From the NCBI RefSeq assembly GCF_018977255.1, contig NW_024704743.1, positions 77,130,001 through 77,194,000 on the forward strand: 64,000 bases of DNA, given 5' to 3'. This DNA is from Callorhinchus milii (Eukaryota). The position numbers were made by a program, and so were the translations under genes. Under the pieces are notes generated by a model that ran no database searches, was not told the DNA's origin, and saw nothing but the letters and a program-made list of their open reading frames with translations. Below are positions 37,985 through 50,580 of the stretch, piece by piece (position 1 is the first letter of the stretch; each line of letters opens with the position of its first letter).

Positions 37985-38230
37985 TTTTGAAGAACTTTCT
38001 TACACAGAGGTTGGTGAGAATGTGGAAACTCACTGTCAGAAGACTTAGTTGGAGCAGAAAGCATCAACGCATTTAAGAAAAAACTTGTTGCATACATGAG
38101 GGAAAAGGGAACAGAGGGGAACGGAGAGAGGCTGGAGAGGAGGATTAGGATGGGTGGAGGCTCATGGGGCGTATAAAATTAGTTGGGCCAAATGGCGCGT
38201 TTCAGTGCTGTAGAGTCTACGCAATTTAAT
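37985..38230 (+). mobile_element. CR1 LINE 3' end
   Basis: AGAACTTTCTTACACAGAG..GGTGAGAATGTGGAA...GCATTTAAG...GGGCCAAATGGC pattern of CR1 3' ends. Confidence 0.65.
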
Positions 38231-38953
38231 TTAGACAAGGCTCACCTAACGGACACTAGTCTTACTGAACTTCAGAAAAGGGAAGGGATGTCTAAATTGG
38301 ACTTTACTCTGTATAAAATCTTTTTGTGGTTCAACTCTTTAATAGGAAGAGTTTTTACATATCAACCCGGCACTGGCCTGACCCCTGCCTGAAGTGTAGG
38401 TCATTGTTGCATTAGATAATCGAACAAGGAGTACATTTCCTGACTCTTGGTTGGGGAATTTACATGGCATCAGCAAAGGAAAGGAGAAACAACTCTTAAT
38501 TTGTTTTTGTTTTACATCATTCAGTTAGTTAGAAACAGTACGTTTGTTAGCCACACTCTTAGTTTGTATTTGCCAAAAGCAATTTCAAATTCTCAACCAA
38601 AGTAGACTTTCTCTTTTTTACTATAAGTTTAATTTCCGATTCTATTTTTCAGTGTGGTGGCTCTCTGCTGAGGTTGGTGAGGTCTCATCATTGTGAGAAT
38701 ATGGAACAGACTACTTCAGAAAGTCATAGATTATTGTTGGATACACAGTAGCAGATTGATGTATTCAAGAGATAGATGGATACTTGGTAAATAAAGATAT
38801 TATGGGACATGGAGAAATTGCAGGAAAATAGAATTTAAAAGTTACTAGTAGCAGAGCGGGCTCATCCAGTCAAATGCCCCATTATATTTTATGTTTCTAG
38901 TAATTTTAGTGTAACTGGTGGATTGTTTTGTACAAAAAGGTTTCTTGAAACCA

Positions 38954-38986
38954 CACTGCCCTCTGCTGAATAGGATAGAAACTGCA
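38954..38986 (-). promoter_or_regulatory. Candidate CTCF site with upstream (U/M2) module
   Basis: Minus strand TGCAGTTTC-TATCCTAT-TCAGCAGAGGGCAGTG: core plus a TGCAG upstream module at roughly the expected spacing. Motif match only. Confidence 0.5.
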
Positions 38987-39179
38987 CTTTAAAGGGGTCA
39001 AAATAACACTTCCAATTATTTCATTACCACCCAAACTAATCAAGGATTTGAATTGATTTAGGGAGGATGTTTTTTGTGGCATTCAGTTGAGCACAGTTTT
39101 TGACAACTGATACATCATGGTCAGGTCACACCACATATATCTTCAGAAGAAGTGAGGTGACCGGCTCATTTCAATAACA

Positions 39180-39383
39180 CAGAATTCGCTGGGAACAAGC
39201 AGCAGGTCAGGCAGCATTCATGGAGAGAGGAAAATGAATTAATATTTCAGGTCTATGACCTTTCGTTAGAACCTGAAATGTTAACTAATTTTCCTCTTTC
39301 CATGGATGCTGCATGACCTGCTGGGTGTTCTCAGCAACTTCTGTGTTTACACCAGATTTCTAGCATCTGCAGTACTTTGCCTT
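39180..39383. mobile_element. Fold-back copy of the short Penelope-type element
   Basis: Exact 14-bp direct repeat TCATTTCAATAACA (39166-39179, 39384-39397). Inverted arms about 39175-39252 and 39271-39347. Confidence 0.75.
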
Positions 39384-39550
39384 TCATTTCAATAACAGTC
39401 TACCACATTTGCAGAAACTGAGCTGCTAGACAGCTGCCAACATGTATTCTATTGTTTTTAGTCAAGAGAGCATTTTTTGCTAACATTTACACTGAGGTTT
39501 CTCCCAAATGCTGATAAGATAATGTGTTCCAAGAGTAATCTGTTCCCATG

Positions 39551-39848
39551 ATCCTGTAGCTCAGTGGTTAGAGCATTCGCCTTGCAAGCAAGAGAACTGG
39601 GTTTGATTCTGGGCAAAGTGAAACCTTGGGCAGGTTTCCTTACTCCACACGCCTGATAATAATTCCTCAAGAAAAAACAATAATTTGGTCACTTCAATCC
39701 ATGACTGTTTGTGGGACACTGCTGTGCGCAATTGACTGCTGCGTTTTGCCCAACAAATATACAATCAATTCACTTTACAGTATATTCTGTGAAGCGCTTT
39801 GAGACATCTAGAAGACATGAAAAGCACTATATCAAATGCAAGGATTAT
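39551..39848 (+). mobile_element. tRNA-derived SINE, short subfamily
   Basis: TCCTGTAGCTCAGTGGTTAGAGC head and family tail. Confidence 0.88.
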
Positions 39849-40849
39849 GTCTTATGATGGGTCAAGCACACCTGCTAGTGGTCAGTCAAGGAAAAGCACT
39901 AGTGAAGATTTGTGTAAAATGGTTAGAGTAAGTGTGCAAATGTCAATTTTGGCAGGAGAATAGGGAGAAACTCTATAATAGTATTAATACACAAGTATAA
40001 CAGTATTAATTCTTTGGCAGTGAAATATAAATTTGTATGATCTAAATTTCTTTCTGATATTACACTGCAATTTATAGACACATATTTTAAAATGGAACAT
40101 AAAATTGACCTTTTTGTGGACAATTTAACAGTATAATCAATATACATGACATCAAATATATCCAAATTGACATATACAGTGTGAGAATGCTCATTGCTTA
40201 TGTGGCTTTGGTTGCCAAAATGTGTGGACATGCCATTACATTCTTCTGAAATATCTTAATATAAAGCTGACATTCAATTTTTTAAAATTTTTGCCCCTTT
40301 TATCTCTTTGTGTCAATAAGGTTTGATGAGCAAGTGAAAACCCTGTGGCAATGAGCGAATCATGAAAGAAGTCAGTTTGCGCACAAGCGGTTCGGGTTTG
40401 ATGAACTGAGACGTCATCACAACTCAACAACATCCTGAGCAACCAATTAGACTTTTCATGGATTGCATTACTTGCCCCAATCTGGGGAAGGGCCGAGAAA
40501 AGGTGACCTGAAAATTGCTTGTCTCATTCCCCGCAATCCCTTCACCTCACCCCCTTGCGTGCCTACTTCTTGGCCCCTCTCAAGATCTTACTCTTTGACC
40601 GTGCCTTCGGTCATCCTCTTTGCCATCTCAGTCCTTGGCCAAAATTTACACAGGTATTCATCACTAAACACTGGCAATTTGGATTCCAGGTGGTGACATA
40701 TGTACAACATACGTCACCACCTGGAATGTCCTGATGCTGTCCCTCTTCTGTAATATCGTAAAGACAATGCTGGTAACTGACTGGGACAGAGCTGTGAGAA
40801 AAGCTTGGCCACTCTCCTGCCTGAAACACACATTTTAAAGAAATGGATC

Positions 40850-41225
40850 ATCCTCCATTCCAATGCAGCTGAAACTATATCCTGCATTAGTCACCTCCTG
40901 CATTGGCTATTCCAATGCCCCCCTCGCTGATCTCCTTAGCTCCACTTCCACAATATCCAACTAATTCAGGACCCCTCCCATGTTCTCACCCACACAAACT
41001 CCAGATCCCTATTAACAGCAACAACAAAATTACATTTACGTGCGCCTTTCACGTCGGTAGGACATCCCAAGCCCTTCTTTGCCAGGCTCCATTGGCTCCA
41101 CAGAACTCATCAATTTCAAGTTCCTCACACTCGACAAAACACTTCATGACCTAACACCTCCCCAACTCTCTGACCTGCTTATATCCCATTCCACTACCCA
41201 CTGCCTCCATTCAGTCGGCTCTACA
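40850..41225 (+). mobile_element. Degenerate L2 fragment with an antisense L2 tail inserted (about 41015-41075)
   Basis: Encodes INFKFLTLDKTLHDLTPPQLSDLL-like L2 ORF2 sequence. Confidence 0.6.
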
Positions 41226-42579
41226 GTGCACAAGCTGAATAGAATGACTTTTCAAAATATTTACTTTCTTGCTCCATTTTCACATCAATCCTAATATTTC
41301 CTGAATGAGGAATTGCTTCTCTAATTCTATGGTATAAATGGTATATATTTGTTTCATTTGGTCAGCTGGGTGTCTGAGACACAGAAAATAATCACTATGC
41401 TAAGAATATCCAACCCAACCTACAATGTACGTGGAAATTGCTGTTTATCAGGATGGAGTGCCCAGAGGGACACCAGATGAATAGTAAGTACTAGACAATT
41501 CTCAGTACAGTGATCGGTGACCAGCACAACTCGGTCATAAAGGCAAGAGTGGACAAGTTGTGCTGCTCTTCAAACAATGTAAGTGTATTTATTTTATGTA
41601 TTGTACTAGGCTTAACACCCACTTTACTGAAAGGCTAAATACTAGTAGAAACCAAAGTGTTCTTATATTTTCAAAACAAATTGTCTTTTCTATTTTGCCT
41701 CAAAAGGCAAAGGAAGCAGATTTCACAATGTCAGGTTCTCCAATGTAAAAAAAAAGGGCAGATATGAAATTAGCTTGTTTTTGGTCCTGTATTAACCATT
41801 TTTTTCACTAGCAAAAAGGAAAATTAGAAGCAACCAAAGGAACTTCCAACAACTGACATCTTCACCTCTGAACAGAAATAGGTAAAGGTAAAATCATTCT
41901 TTGTACAGAAACAATGTCATTACTGTCCATTTACTCTGCTCACAGAGCTTGAATCTGCAGTTCCAAAAGGTTCCACATCAAACCTTTTATTATTCGATAA
42001 GTTGTATTTAGATTTGCGTAGTTGTAAAGGTTTAGACTTTAAACCAAGGGTGGTTGGCATGTTGAATTCTCTGCCACAAACCTTAGTTAAAGCAGAATCT
42101 GTACATTTATTTAAATAAAGGGAATTAGACAAGAAAGTTGAAAAATTAAAAACAGAAAAAGTATAGAGTAAGATTAGGTGGGGAAAACAACCAGACTTGA
42201 TCGATCAAGATCAAATGGTCTATTAAAGCATTCTTTGATGCTTTAAAATAATTGCATCATCACTGTAACAATGCCGGTGCTTTCTTTCCAGGCCCTGTTA
42301 ATCATTACTCTGACAATAGGATAACCATTGTTCCTAACATTTTGAGTAAGAAATCAGAAATATACCAAACTTATAATGTTCTGAAAAGCCAGCAGGTGAT
42401 GGATCACAAGTTCAATGATTGGTGACAGTAGCCTGAATGGGACATCATTATGTATAGGCCTTTATCTCCACATTAGTAATATATTTCTGTGGTGTCCTTT
42501 ATCAAAATGCGATTTACCTACTTTTACAAATATAAAATTAGTTAATTTCAAAACCAGTTTAATCCCTTGTGTGCAAGAA

Positions 42580-43995
42580 TCCTGAAGTGTAAGAATGTTT
42601 ATTGAAATACCATTATTTGCTTTATTGGTTTCTAATAATACAGTGTGACAATATTTGGAAGTGAAAGATGTTAGCATGCTGCAGGCAGACTTTATTTGGC
42701 TCTTTATTTTCTGTAAGTGGTTCCAAACTGTGCTGTATCCTTTGTACGTAGCAGTTATTGCTCATCAGACTGGCCACAGCATTTTTCAATCACACTACTT
42801 ACAAAACTATGCTCTCACCCTTGTGTGGCATCAGGGACATATGCCATTTAACATCAGAGTCACATTGTCATTCCAAAATGAAAACTGGCAATATGTTGAT
42901 AATGATCCTCGTTTATATTTTCAAACTCTGAATTCCTTTGATACAAACAAGGAAGTAAAAGAGTTCTAAACTTAAGTCTTTAAATGTAAAATAACATTTT
43001 AAAAGCATATATATAAACAAGTATGAATCAGTTTGATTTGATCTTAGCCTTTGTACTCCAAACCAGCACTCACTGCAATAAAGTTTCACCACAAATTGTG
43101 AACATTACAGAATATTTCACATTGCTGCTGTTGTGCACCAATATTAACCCTCAACATGTCCATATAAGCATACAATAAGTCATGGATAAATATTGCAACT
43201 TTTTTGTTCACTTGCATACGAGCAGGTTCAACATCAAACTTGCAAGTCAAATCAAGCTACCGAGCACAATGAATTTGGGTTTAACAATCCAAATTACATT
43301 TTCAACTTTGCACATTAGATAAATACTGGACCAGGTGGCAGCATTTTTCAACAGGGTGCTGTGGTGCAAACTCGCCTCGAAGGAACAGGTTTCTTCAACA
43401 ATCAGAAAGTGCAGCAATTTGATGTGCATCCAAGGGATGTTGAAAAGCAGGTTTCGTTTTTAGAATCTGCAGTTACAATGTTAAAAACATTTTTTTTTTA
43501 AAGTAGTCTCTTGAATTAAATTGGGTTCTTGTTCTATAGGTGCAGTTCAACATTGCTAGTCTATATTTATTTAGCTCTTTGTGTTGTCTCTTACCAGCAG
43601 ACATCCTGGTTAGCTTGTTTGAAAAATAATCAGCACCCAGTTGCTACTAAATCATTGTAGCAATTACAACAAAAACATGGAAGACAGGTAACTTTATTAC
43701 ATTTTATCTTTGCTAATATAAAACAATAAAAACAAAAATAAACTGAGAAAAGCACACATTTTCCATCTTTGTGCTTCAAGAATTAGGGTGTTTAAAAAAG
43801 TATACTTTATACACCCTAGGTATTTCATGATCAGAAGAGAAAGGTTTTGCAAACTGAGCTGTGGTAAAATTGCACTGATATTGGTAACACAAAAAAAGAT
43901 TTAAGTACAGTCCCACACTTCAGTCTTTTTTTTTAGTAAGTGCCACTCAAATATACAGTTGTGTTAAGTAGTAAGTTGAAAAGTCCACTGCTTGT
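42580..43995 (-). other. Probable HERPUD2 3' UTR with candidate poly(A) signals
   Basis: AT-rich, apparently repeat-free sequence after the stop. Minus-strand AATAAA (plus TTTATT) at 43693-43698, 42621-42626 and 42598-42603. Confidence 0.4.
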
Positions 43996-44184
43996 CTAGT
44001 TGCCAACTTGGGGAGGGCCTTCTGGGATGAGTGAGGTAAAGAAAGTGGTGATGAATGACCAGGCAGAAGCCATAAAGCCAGGTGGTTCTGTTCCTGTTGT
44101 ACTTTCTGCTGTATCATCTCCACTGTCACCACTTTCACCACTGTCGCCACTCTCATCATCAGCACCTACATCCATCAGTCGTTC
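43996..44184 (-). CDS. HERPUD2: HERPUD2 last coding exon with stop codon
   Basis: atttctAG|GAA..., 189 nt to TAG. Encodes ERLMDVGADDESGDSGESGDSGDDTAESTTGTEPPGFMASAWSFITTFFTSLIPEGPPQVGN*. This terminus fits HERPUD2 better than HERPUD1, as does adjacency to TBX20. Confidence 0.96.
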   Translation of the reverse strand, partial: ERLMDVGADDESGDSGESGDSGDDTAESTTGTEPPGFMASAWSFITTFFTSLIPEGPPQVGN

Positions 44185-44942
44185 CTAGAAATACACATTG
44201 TAAATTAGAGGCAGCTTTCCATGCAACCTTTCCATTCAACATCCTCAAATTGACTCAAGCCTAACAGAGAAACCATTCTCCTGAAGTCAACGAAATGATT
44301 CAGTCCAAACTGGTTATGCAAATTTTAAAGGACACAATTAAAACTATAATTTCTGTACTGTTTTGTAATAATCCTCAGTGATAAAGAATGGAATGAAGTT
44401 CCTGCCATTTTGATCCCACTACCCTTCAGAGTTCAGTAATTAAAACTTAGTAGCTAATGAATACATCACTGCACAAACAGCAATGAGCTGAGTATCCAAT
44501 TAATCTATTTTTGGTGAATCTTGCATAAAGGAAGAATAATTTTCACATGGAAGAACCTAACAATTGAGACAAACTGACCGAGACTGTTGTCTGGCACCAG
44601 ACTGTTCACTATATTTTCATCAAGAACAGGACAAATGTATCTAATCTGTATTAGTAATGTGTAAGTACAACAAAATTGTTCCAAAATTAAAATTCATTAT
44701 CAGCACTTTAACTCAAAACACCCATCTGAAGGTTTACTTCTGTTCTAGAGCTTGCTTGGCATACATACCTGGAGTATTGCTTTTGACATTTTACAAATGA
44801 AACTACAAAAGTAGTAAAACAATGGCTTGTTTAAATAGTTTAATAAGTACCAGAAGATGATTGAATTGCAACGCAAGTAATACACTTTCAATGTGTAATG
44901 AGATAGATGATAAAGCATCAGTAACCTGTTTACTACACTCAC

Positions 44943-45060
44943 CATTTCATGCACTTCATGAGCATTATCTTCCTGTCCATCTTGGTTGAATTCCACCGGA
45001 TGATTCACAGGCTGGCGATTCTGCCCATCTTGTCTAAATGGAAACCATCCAGCTTGGTGC
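44943..45060 (-). CDS. HERPUD2: HERPUD2 coding exon (equivalent to exon 8)
   Basis: atcAG|G CAC...ATG|GTgagt, 118 nt. Encodes HQAGWFPFRQDGQNRQPVNHPVEFNQDGQEDNAHEVHEM. Confidence 0.95.
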
Positions 45061-45364
45061 CTGATTTTTCAAAAAATGATTAGTGAACGTCACAATAAGT
45101 TAAGAACCACATTAGCTTTTTATTATTTTATTATTTAACCGTTCATAAAATAGTTGCCAATTCCATCTTTCACTTATAATACAAGGTACAAACCTGGCAT
45201 GTCACTTTCAGAGCAGCACAATAGATCCAGGGAATTTCCCACTTGAGTGCCTGTTTTGCAATTTTCTATTGCTCACAATCGTTAATGTATAAAAATGTTT
45301 TCACTGTAATCAAATCCTACTCATGTGTAGTCCCAGCAACATAAAGCATGTTTTCTAAACATCC

Positions 45365-45652
45365 AAATAATCCTTGTATTTGATATAGCGCTTTTCACGT
45401 CTTCTAGACATCTCAAAGCCCTTCACAGAATATACTGTAAAGTGAATTGACTGTATATTTGTGGGCAAAACACAGCATCCAATTGCGCACAGCAGTGTCC
45501 CACAAGTAGTCATGGACTGAGTGACCAAATTATTATTGTTTTTGGGGGGATTATTATCCTTGGAAAAGTGATCCAACAATCGACTAACAACTGGGTTCCT
45601 ATTTACTACAATGTAAACAGGGGCATGTGGAGTAAGGAAACTTGCCCAGTGT
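45365..45652 (-). mobile_element. SINE, long subfamily, head missing
   Basis: Family tail plus the extra internal segment shared with 19580-19945. Confidence 0.85.
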
Positions 45653-46384
45653 TCCATGCATGCCAGCTACACATGGAAATTCCCACGTCTGGAATGGAAT
45701 ACACCCTCATTCATTGAAGGAACACTCTGCTTACTAATACTGCAGAGTATTGGGTACAAGTTCTCAAAAGCCAATGTTTGGGGACTTCAGAGTATGTATT
45801 GGTTGAGTATGTAGAACTTTAACCAGCTAAAACGGCGTAGCTTGCCACTGAAAGCACTCTGTGGCCAGTTTTCCAGCTGCCTTTCGAGCCAGGACCACCG
45901 TACTCATTAAGGCTTTGGATTGCAGGGTTAAGAGGAGCTGAGTGGGAAGATCCCTGCTCCTCCAAGTCTCATTGATAAACCAACCTGGAGTAGCCAATTA
46001 TAGTATTGGCTATGGAGTAACAAGTCATGAAGTGAATGACCAAATTTAGCTGGAGGACTCATGAGACCAAACACCACTGCAAGTTTTATTTTTAAGCTAC
46101 CACTAAGGTACTGTGTTTGTGCATGCACAGTTCTACAAGAAGTTAAAAGTTAAAATCATGAAAGCTTCTGATTTTCACTTGAGAGCAGATTACCCAGTTT
46201 CAATGCGAGTGGCACACAATTTACATTTGGGAGTAAGAGTGGTGTGGAATGAAGGATCACAAACACTCAATACAAAAGGAATTGCTCCAGTTTTAAAGAT
46301 CAAAGCCTTTCAAAATGAACTGAACTGTGTGTCACACAAGAGATGATGTAGCTCAGCCATAAGAACGTCTCGTAAAGGGATTTA

Positions 46385-47282
46385 TAACAACAACTTGCAT
46401 TTATATCACGCTACTTACGTAGGGTAGCATCCCAGAGCACTTGATATCGACGGAGCATAATGCCGAGTTGGCAGGAGGAGGAGGTGACCATAGGCACGGT
46501 CATATAAGGTCTTCAGGCGCGACTTGAAGATGGAGAAGGAAGAGACAACGTGTAGGGATAGAGAAAGTTTTTCCAGGGTCTTGGGGTGTAGTGGCTAAAA
46601 ATGCAGCCATCAATGGTGGAATGGAGGGCACGAGGGACATGCAGAAGGCCAGAACCAGTCAAGAGGGTTGTGGGTAGGTTGAAGAGGTAGGGAGGTGCCA
46701 GGGCATTTGAAGGGATTTGAAAACGAGTGTGAGGATCTTGAAATCGATCTGTTCAGCAATAAGCAGCCAGTGGAGCCTGGCTGGAATTGGTGTGATGGAG
46801 GTACGGAGTTTAGAGTGGGTGAGTACGCGGGCGGCGGAGTATTGGATCAGCCTGATCCTATGCATGGTGGAACTGGGAAGACCGTCAAAGAAGGGCATTT
46901 GAGAAGTCAAGTTGGGAGGTGATGAAAGCATGGACTAGTGTTTCAGCTGCGTTTGGCGTAAGGTACGGTCGGAGGCAGGCAATGTAGTGGAGGTGGAGGA
47001 AGGTGATCCTGGTCAGGGAGCGGATGTGGGGATGGAAGGGCAGCTGTGGGTTGCATCTGATGCCGAGATTGTGCACTGGTTCAATAAGTCTGAGGGATAA
47101 GATGCAGGATAGAAGATAGAAGATATTGACGGGAGCCAATGAGTATGGCTTCCCTCTTGTCAACATTCACTTCCATTCAGGCCCTGATATCTGCCTGACA
47201 AGCCTAGAGAACATTGGTGGACCCAGAGTCGCAGCTGGAGGAGAAGTAGATTTGTGTGTCATCTGCATAGAGGTGGAGTTTA
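46385..47282 (-). mobile_element. L2 LINE fragment including the RT YADD motif
   Basis: Minus strand LHLYADDTQIYFSS (YADD at 47258-47269), then LRPYLTPNAAETLVHAFITSQLDFSNALL, IQYSAARVLT, LHWLLIAEQIDFKIL, frameshifted; tail at left. Confidence 0.92.
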
Positions 47283-47844
47283 GGAACCACATTAACTGGA
47301 ACTGACTGACCCAATCTTAATCAACAGATTATGACCAGAAGTCAATGATTTTGCTAAGTTTAAACTGAAAAACATTTACCAAACCCCGACATCAATTTGT
47401 TAGTAATTACAGCCTTTAAAGGCCTATAGCACTGCTAAATAATCTCTTTCTCAAACTGTTGACAATATTAAGAGGATTGCGGTACATTTACAGAACAAAG
47501 ACATTTAATTTCGAGCAGGAATCTAAGTCTCCAATGATAACGGTTACTAAAAGAAGGGGTCTAATGCCTTCAAACATCACATTTTTGTGCAGACCATATA
47601 TATAATATATATTATATAATTTATATTATAATATATATACATATATATATACACACACACTACATAGATATATAGAATTTTAATTGGGATTGAAAAAGTA
47701 AATCTACAGCAATATTTTCAGATATGCCAAACAATAGAGCAAGAGGTCACAAATCAGGACTGCAAAGGGTAATTTCCAGACAGACACCAAGAAAGTTTTC
47801 TTTACCCACAGGGTAAACAATTTGGATGACTTATCAGGAAGTGT

Positions 47845-48622
47845 GTTGTCCATTGCCAGGCTCCACTGGCTCCCAATTACTGAACAGATGGATTTCAAGA
47901 GCCTCTCATTCGTTTTCAAATTACTTCATGCCCTTGTACCTCCCTACCTATCCGATTTCCTTATGCCCCCACTCACCCACACCCTGCCTCTGCTCGGCTG
48001 ACTCTGTCCTCCTGTTCGTCCCTTGCCCCCTCCGCTCCACCATCGGTGGCCATGCCTTCAGCCATAACACCCCGAAACGCCGGAGCTCTCTCCCTCAATC
48101 CTTCTGCCTTGCCCTCTCCCTCCCAACTTCCAATCCCTTCACTCTCTGGCACCTCCCTACCTCTCCGACCTCCTCTCTCCAATCCACCAGCTGGCGTTTC
48201 CGCTCGACTGGTACCTGCCTCCTGCTCATCCCTCGCATCCTCCGCCCAATCATCAGAGGTCGCACTTTCAACCACTACACCCTGAAACTCTGGTGGACTA
48301 TCCCTCAATCCCTCCGCCTTGCCCCCTACCACTTTTTCAAGTCCTGCCTGAAAACCTTCCTCTTCAACCGTGTTTATGGCCACCTCCCCCATACAGCTTG
48401 GAATCGGGTTCTGCCACTGTTAAGAGCTCTGAGACGCTACCCTGCATGGAGGGCGCTATATCAGTGCAAGTTGTTGTTATTGTAAAGACTTTCCTTTCTG
48501 ATCGTGCTTAAGATCACCTCCCGCCTCCCGCTGTCTCAAGGGTCAGACTCTGCCACTGTCAAGCGCTCCAGGACACTACCCTGCATGAAGGGCACTATAT
48601 ATATGCAAGTTGTTGTTGTTGT
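47845..48622 (+). mobile_element. Stacked L2 3' fragments (two ORF2 ends, two tails)
   Basis: STIGGHAFSH and PIIRGRTFNH segments in tandem, FKSCLKTFLFNRVY, tails ending in (TTG)n at about 48480 and 48620. Confidence 0.8.
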
Positions 48623-49149
48623 GTGTTGAGGTCAGAACTCTGAACTCACAAACATCATGTTGAACTGGGAGGACATGGGTTTTTGGTATTCTGAAAGGTT
48701 GAGATAAAGCCTTTTTCATCAGAACCGCTCTCGCAATCTATCAGTACTAATATTGGACTGGACCAGCAGCGATGTGAACAATTGTCCTTGTTAATGGGAG
48801 TGTATTCTTTGAAGTTTACTGAAAATAAATTTGCATTTTTCAGTATTCATCTTTGTAGTAAAGCAACTGAATATTTATTTGCAAACCAATTTTTTGTGTT
48901 CAGGATCTTCAAAGTGATGGAATTGGTCTGGATTTCTTCGAAAATCTTTGGACTTTTTTTGGAAGATTGACAAAATTATTTGATGAGGTTACTAAAAACA
49001 GCAGCTAATATTTCTGATCCTGCTCATTTGCAGAATCAGATTTCATTGAAAAAGGGAAAAGCTATTTGTTGAAAGGAGAGAATCCTTTTGGGAACATTTT
49101 TGAGTTAAACTGTGAACTCAATCCTGAAATAAGATGAGTTATTACTTAC

Positions 49150-49473
49150 AAGTAAACCAGCAAAATGGCTCCCATCACCATCACAAAACGGCTGAAGGAT
49201 GAGTAGAAATACACAATACTGAGTAGTATGCCTGCTCGGGAGACTGTGTACATCCAGTCTAGCCAATCACGATTCAAGTCCTCTTCATTCATCACTGGGC
49301 CTCCCTGTGCATTCATTTGAATATTCTGGTTCACAGGTCGATTCTCCGGGACAGCCGCAATAGGTGCAGCTGGAGCTTCATTTGGACGATTTGGCTCAGG
49401 ATTCACAGGCTCAGAGGCTGCAGGTATAGATTGCTGTGCAGTGGCAGGTCCCGAGAGCCTAGCTGCAGCTTGG
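49150..49473 (-). CDS. HERPUD2: HERPUD2 coding exon (membrane-associated region; equivalent to exon 7)
   Basis: ttcttctAG|C CAA...TAC TT|GTaag, 324 nt. Encodes QAAARLSG...QMNAQGGPVMNEEDLNRDWLDWMYTVSRAGILLSIVYFYSSFSRFVMVMGAILLVY(L). Confidence 0.97.
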
Positions 49474-50146
49474 CTAGAAGAAAAAGACAGTTTGTGCTCA
49501 TCAACATGATACATCAATATGAAAAACCTTTGCACTCTGTCAGTAAAACATACTAACTCAAAGCCCTATTTCACCAGGCATCATAAGGCATCATTTTACT
49601 CCAAACATCAGAATGGTATCCATATTGATCAGTGAGAATATTAGTTTCTTACTCCAGTGAGCTTCTCATTGGCAGTCCCAAATCACAGTATTGCATGCTG
49701 TTCAGTGCTGTGGACACACTCCCTATAGTTTAAACTCTCTCACACTATTCAGTTCAGTAACTCTCTTAGGCAGATTCCTTACATCTTTAAGTGCTTACGA
49801 AACACAACCGTTTCTGAATCACCTGGCATAGATACAAAGAAAATGAGTATGTCAACAAGATTTGAAATCGATGACTGAAAATTCTTAATTAAAAATATTC
49901 TGTAATCTCCTTGTCCTCCTCTAATCCAAACCCCCCCTTCCTCCACCTCCCACCAATACACAAATAAATTATCCACAAAAAAATCCTCTGTCGAGTACTC
50001 TGGGGGAAGAAAACTGAAATATTTTTTCACCAAAGAAGCACTGTTTGGGGCGACATTTTCTAAGTGTGCTCTTCAGAGGTTACCTTATGCTCCATTGCAG
50101 ATTACAGAACTTGCTCAAAAAATGGAATAATTTTTAGTGAAATATG

Positions 50147-50280
50147 TTATAATAATAATGCTTGCATTTGATATAGCGCTTTTCACGTCTTCCAGACATT
50201 TCAAAGCGCTTCACAGAATAGACTGTAAAGTGAATTGACAGTATGTTTTTGGGCGAAATGCAGTAGCCAATTGCGCACAG
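50147..50280 (-). mobile_element. SINE 3' fragment
   Basis: Family tail sequence. Confidence 0.8.
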
Positions 50281-50580
50281 ATATAGCAGTCTTAAGCAAA
50301 GAGTAACAAAGGCATCCATCAATGGTGAAAGACATATGATGTCATGAGCTGGATTTCTCTATAGCACAATGTCCATAGGATGTGGTTTATGTGTAATAAT
50401 ATAGAAAAGCTATTTTGCCTTTGCCTAAGCAGTACAACAAATTCTAGCAGAAGATGGAAGGAAATACATTTTCCACATTCATTATTCAAGAATAACTTAA
50501 CCTTTGTGCAAATGGGGATAAACTACACCGAATACAGACTAAAACATGTAAATCTAACCAAATCAGAAATAAGTATTTTC

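Noticed and set aside
39862..39885. Third CTCF motif (CACCTGCTAGTGG)
   Set aside because: Mismatches in the central GGGGC/GTGGC part of the core make it weak.
44000..44264. Plus-strand Ser/Pro- or His-rich ORFs
   Set aside because: Antisense shadows of the HERPUD2 last exon and its 9-nt repeat.
47826..48485. 219-aa ORF, the longest in the track
   Set aside because: Chance read-through of stacked, frameshifted L2 ORF2 remnants.
48690..48730. Minus-strand CTGATGA as another hammerhead
   Set aside because: No stem II followed by GAAA in the right geometry.
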